From Botryllus schlosseri (Eukaryota), in assembly GCA_051294905.1 (NCBI GenBank), contig CM119372.1:20834001-20898000 (forward strand): a stretch of DNA of 64,000 bases. Reading direction: 5' to 3'. Below, one piece after another: positions 61,267-64,000 of this stretch (the stretch's first letter is position 1; every line of letters begins with the position of its first letter). The position numbers and the translations under genes were made by a program. Under the pieces are notes generated by a model. The model searched no databases, had not been told where the DNA came from, and worked only from the letters and a program-made list of their open reading frames with translations.

Positions 61267-61531
61267 GCATCAACAATAATAGAAGCAAGTAACAAAAGAC
61301 ATATTTACAATTGATCTTGAAATGTGGCAAGTCGACGATCCAAAATGCATGCCAAACACGAAACAATAAATATGTTCGGATTTTTGACTTTTGACTATAC
61401 TAAGAGACAAAATGCAATTTCAACATATTTATTGTTTCGTGTTTGGCATGCATTTTGGATCGTCGACTTGCCACATTTCAAGATCAATTGTAAATATGTC
61501 TTTTGTTACTTGCTTCTATTATTGTTGATGC
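61267..61531. repeat. Perfect inverted repeat: 110-bp arms, 45-nt spacer
   Basis: 61267-61376 is the reverse complement of 61422-61531; no mismatch seen by eye. Confidence 0.92.
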
Positions 61532-61658
61532 GGTTACATTTTGTTTATTACGTTCTTATGGTATGTTAAATTCCACAATGGAAAGCACATAGCGGTAAGA
61601 AGGCGTAACACTCGAATTTCATAAGCTCAATAATTTCGAATTTCAATTTCGCTTCGCT

Positions 61659-64000
61659 TCATCGGAAGGTGCACCCCATTATGTTGTTCTTTACGTTCGA
61701 GATGATGTTTTCTAGTTGGGGGTCTTGCAGGATCGGTTTCCTCATCGTTATCCTCCGCTTGAACGAATTCAGCAGCCACTGGCGATCTATCTTGCGCGTC
61801 TCTTGTAGCTTCTTGTTTCTTCCAGTCCATATCGCCTGTTTGAACATAGAGATTAGGATCATTAGAGTTCGCTCATGGCCTTCCCTGATTGGTCGTTTGG
61901 GTGACATATGAAGTATGGTCTGCATGTTCGCTCTTTGTTCGGTATTTGCCGTGACTTGTTCCCACGCTCCTAAAATGAGGTTTAGAACTGGTGTAATTGT
62001 ATCACACTGGGTAAAAATATGGACATGAGATTCAGTTCGGATTTCGCAGAGTGCACACTTATCAGTTGGTTCGACCAGGCGTGCGTTCAACTTATTCATG
62101 GTTGGAAGTATTTGATGCGCCGCATCCCAGTTGAGGTCTCTTTGTTTCCGCGTTAGGTATTTTGCACGTACGTTCTTCCAGCTCGGGCCTTCCATGTCCA
62201 TGATTTCCCTTTTGTGTTGCCTTACGATTGTCGCCCGGTATATGTCCTTCGACATTCCTTTTTCGTAGTCTGCGTCTAGGATTTCCAGTTCCCTCATTGT
62301 TTCGTTCACTTCCACCCAGTGTGGTTGCGGCTGAAATGCATGAGGTCTGTCATTAGATAGTTTGTTCTTTCTGTACCTGTTAAGGATGATTGCCAGCTGG
62401 TGCTCCATACGTCCGTCCCATTCTGTCTCCGTGTTTTTGCCCGAGTTTTTTAAATACCGGATTGCAGGCTTGATGAAGATGAGGTCCGTAATTCTTGGTA
62501 TATCGGTCAAGCCAAGTCCTCCGATTTCCTCCTTTTGAATAATCTTGTTGTAATCCGCCCTCTTCTCTATGCAGAACAGGAATGACATAATGAGTTCTCT
62601 TAGTTTGGCCTTCAGGTCCTTCGGCATTCTCGAGGTGGTGGCGTGATATGCGAACAAAGGAAGAATATTGGTCCTTATTAGTTCTATTTTTTCATACCTT
62701 TGAAATTTCATCTTTTTCATTTCTCGGATGCGTCGATCTGTTTTGCCAATTGCCGCTTCCCATTGCTGTTCTGTTGCTTGCAATTTGTTGCCTATTGTTT
62801 TTCCTAATATGCTAACCTCATCGGCCCATTGGATCGCCGTTGCTGTATTGTATTGGCCTTCTGCTCCAAATTTTATTCCTTTTGTTTTTTCCCAATTAAT
62901 TTGTAGTCCGCTTGCCTTCCCGAATTGGGTGACGATGCGCACGGCCTTTTCGCAATCTTGTACTTTCGCCAGCGTTATTGTCACATCATCGGCGTACGCC
63001 GGGGTGGTGATTCTGTTCTTGAGTCCGGTCAGTTTGTACCCGGCTAGGTTCTGGTTGAGGCTCTGTAACAAAGATTCGGTGGCAATGGTGAACAAATACA
63101 TGGAAATAGGGTCGCCTTGTTTAATTCCCGTCTGAATTTCTATTTCGTTACCAATTCTCCCCCCAACTGAGACTCGCGATGTGCTCTTTTCGTATACTTG
63201 CCGGTAGAATTCACGAAAGGTTGGCCCGAAGCCTGCTGATTTTAGTGCTTCCTGTAGGTAGTTGTGATCTACAGTGTCGTAAGCCTTTTTGAAATCGATA
63301 GATATTATTGCGCCTTGTTCTTTGGATCTCATTTCTGATGCTGCTTCCCTGATCAAGAGGTTCAGCTGCTCGATGGTGTTGGGCGGGTTTACGAATTGGT
63401 GCCGATGCGTGATGTTCGGCAGCGCCGCCTTTACTCTGTTGGAAAGAGTTTTGCTTAGTATTTTATAGTCACAGTTCAAAAGTGTTATTGGTCTGTAATT
63501 TTCTATATTTTTTGCATCACCCTTCTTGTAGATGACCTTAAGAATTCCTCTTGCGAGGCCGCTCGATACTTCCTGCGTAGTGTAAATTTCATTGAACACT
63601 TCGGTCAAATCTTCGGCTATCGTGTCCCTGTTCTCAATGTAAAATTCCGCGCTGATCCCATCCTCCCCCGGGGTTCGATTCCTGTTTTGTTGTGCGATGG
63701 CTAAGCGGACCTCGTCTTCGGTGATGGGAGCGTCTATATTCTCCTGCTGCTGCATCGTCAGCTGTTTTTCCTGGTACCTGAGAAAACTACTTGCAGTTTG
63801 TTGGTTTGTTTGTTTCTCACCGTATAGTTCCGTGTAGTATTTTTCGATGATTGTTCTTATTTGTTCATCATCCGAGGTTATTGTTCCATTTTCGTCTTTT
63901 AGTTCTTCGATGTTCACCGCCTCCTTCCTCTTCCTTATTGTCTGACAGAGGAAGTACGGATTGTTGTCCAGGATCGTTTCTCGCTTGGCTTTTGCTTCTG
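61659..64000 (-). mobile_element. L1/Tx1-clade LINE ORF2 (RT + CCHC), continuing beyond the window
   Basis: At least 752 aa uninterrupted: PGEDGI, NYRPITLLNCDYKILSK, SIDFKKAYD, GIKQGDPIS, AYADD, CALC...ESHVHIFTQC. The frame stays open to the window edge. Confidence 0.93.

Overview
Eukaryotic (animal) genomic DNA with spliceosomal introns and heavy transposon load; short ~60-nt introns and MITE density suggest an invertebrate, possibly a tunicate (inference only). Three + strand host genes are supported: the 3' end of PRPF19 (836-2153), a 12-exon SLC6 taurine/GABA-group transporter (11812-37730) and a 10-exon NDUFV1 (48521-56604). The standout structure is a 14,040-bp near-perfect palindrome (13621-27660) in SLC6 intron 3, with 6,553-bp arms, a 934-bp spacer, AGTAGT...ACTACT termini and a 6-bp TATGCA target-site duplication (TSD). 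These are Polinton/Maverick hallmarks, yet no intact core gene is visible, so it looks like a giant fold-back, non-autonomous Polinton. Two more fold-backs occur (hAT 3' ends at 5411-7144; a 110-bp-arm hairpin at 61267-61531). Also present: three LINE ORFs (one with its TSD amplified six-fold), deeply nested hAT-type MITEs with resolvable 8-bp TSDs, and a GC-rich decayed hAT transposase resembling a family I associate with non-animal eukaryotes. All alignments were done by eye.
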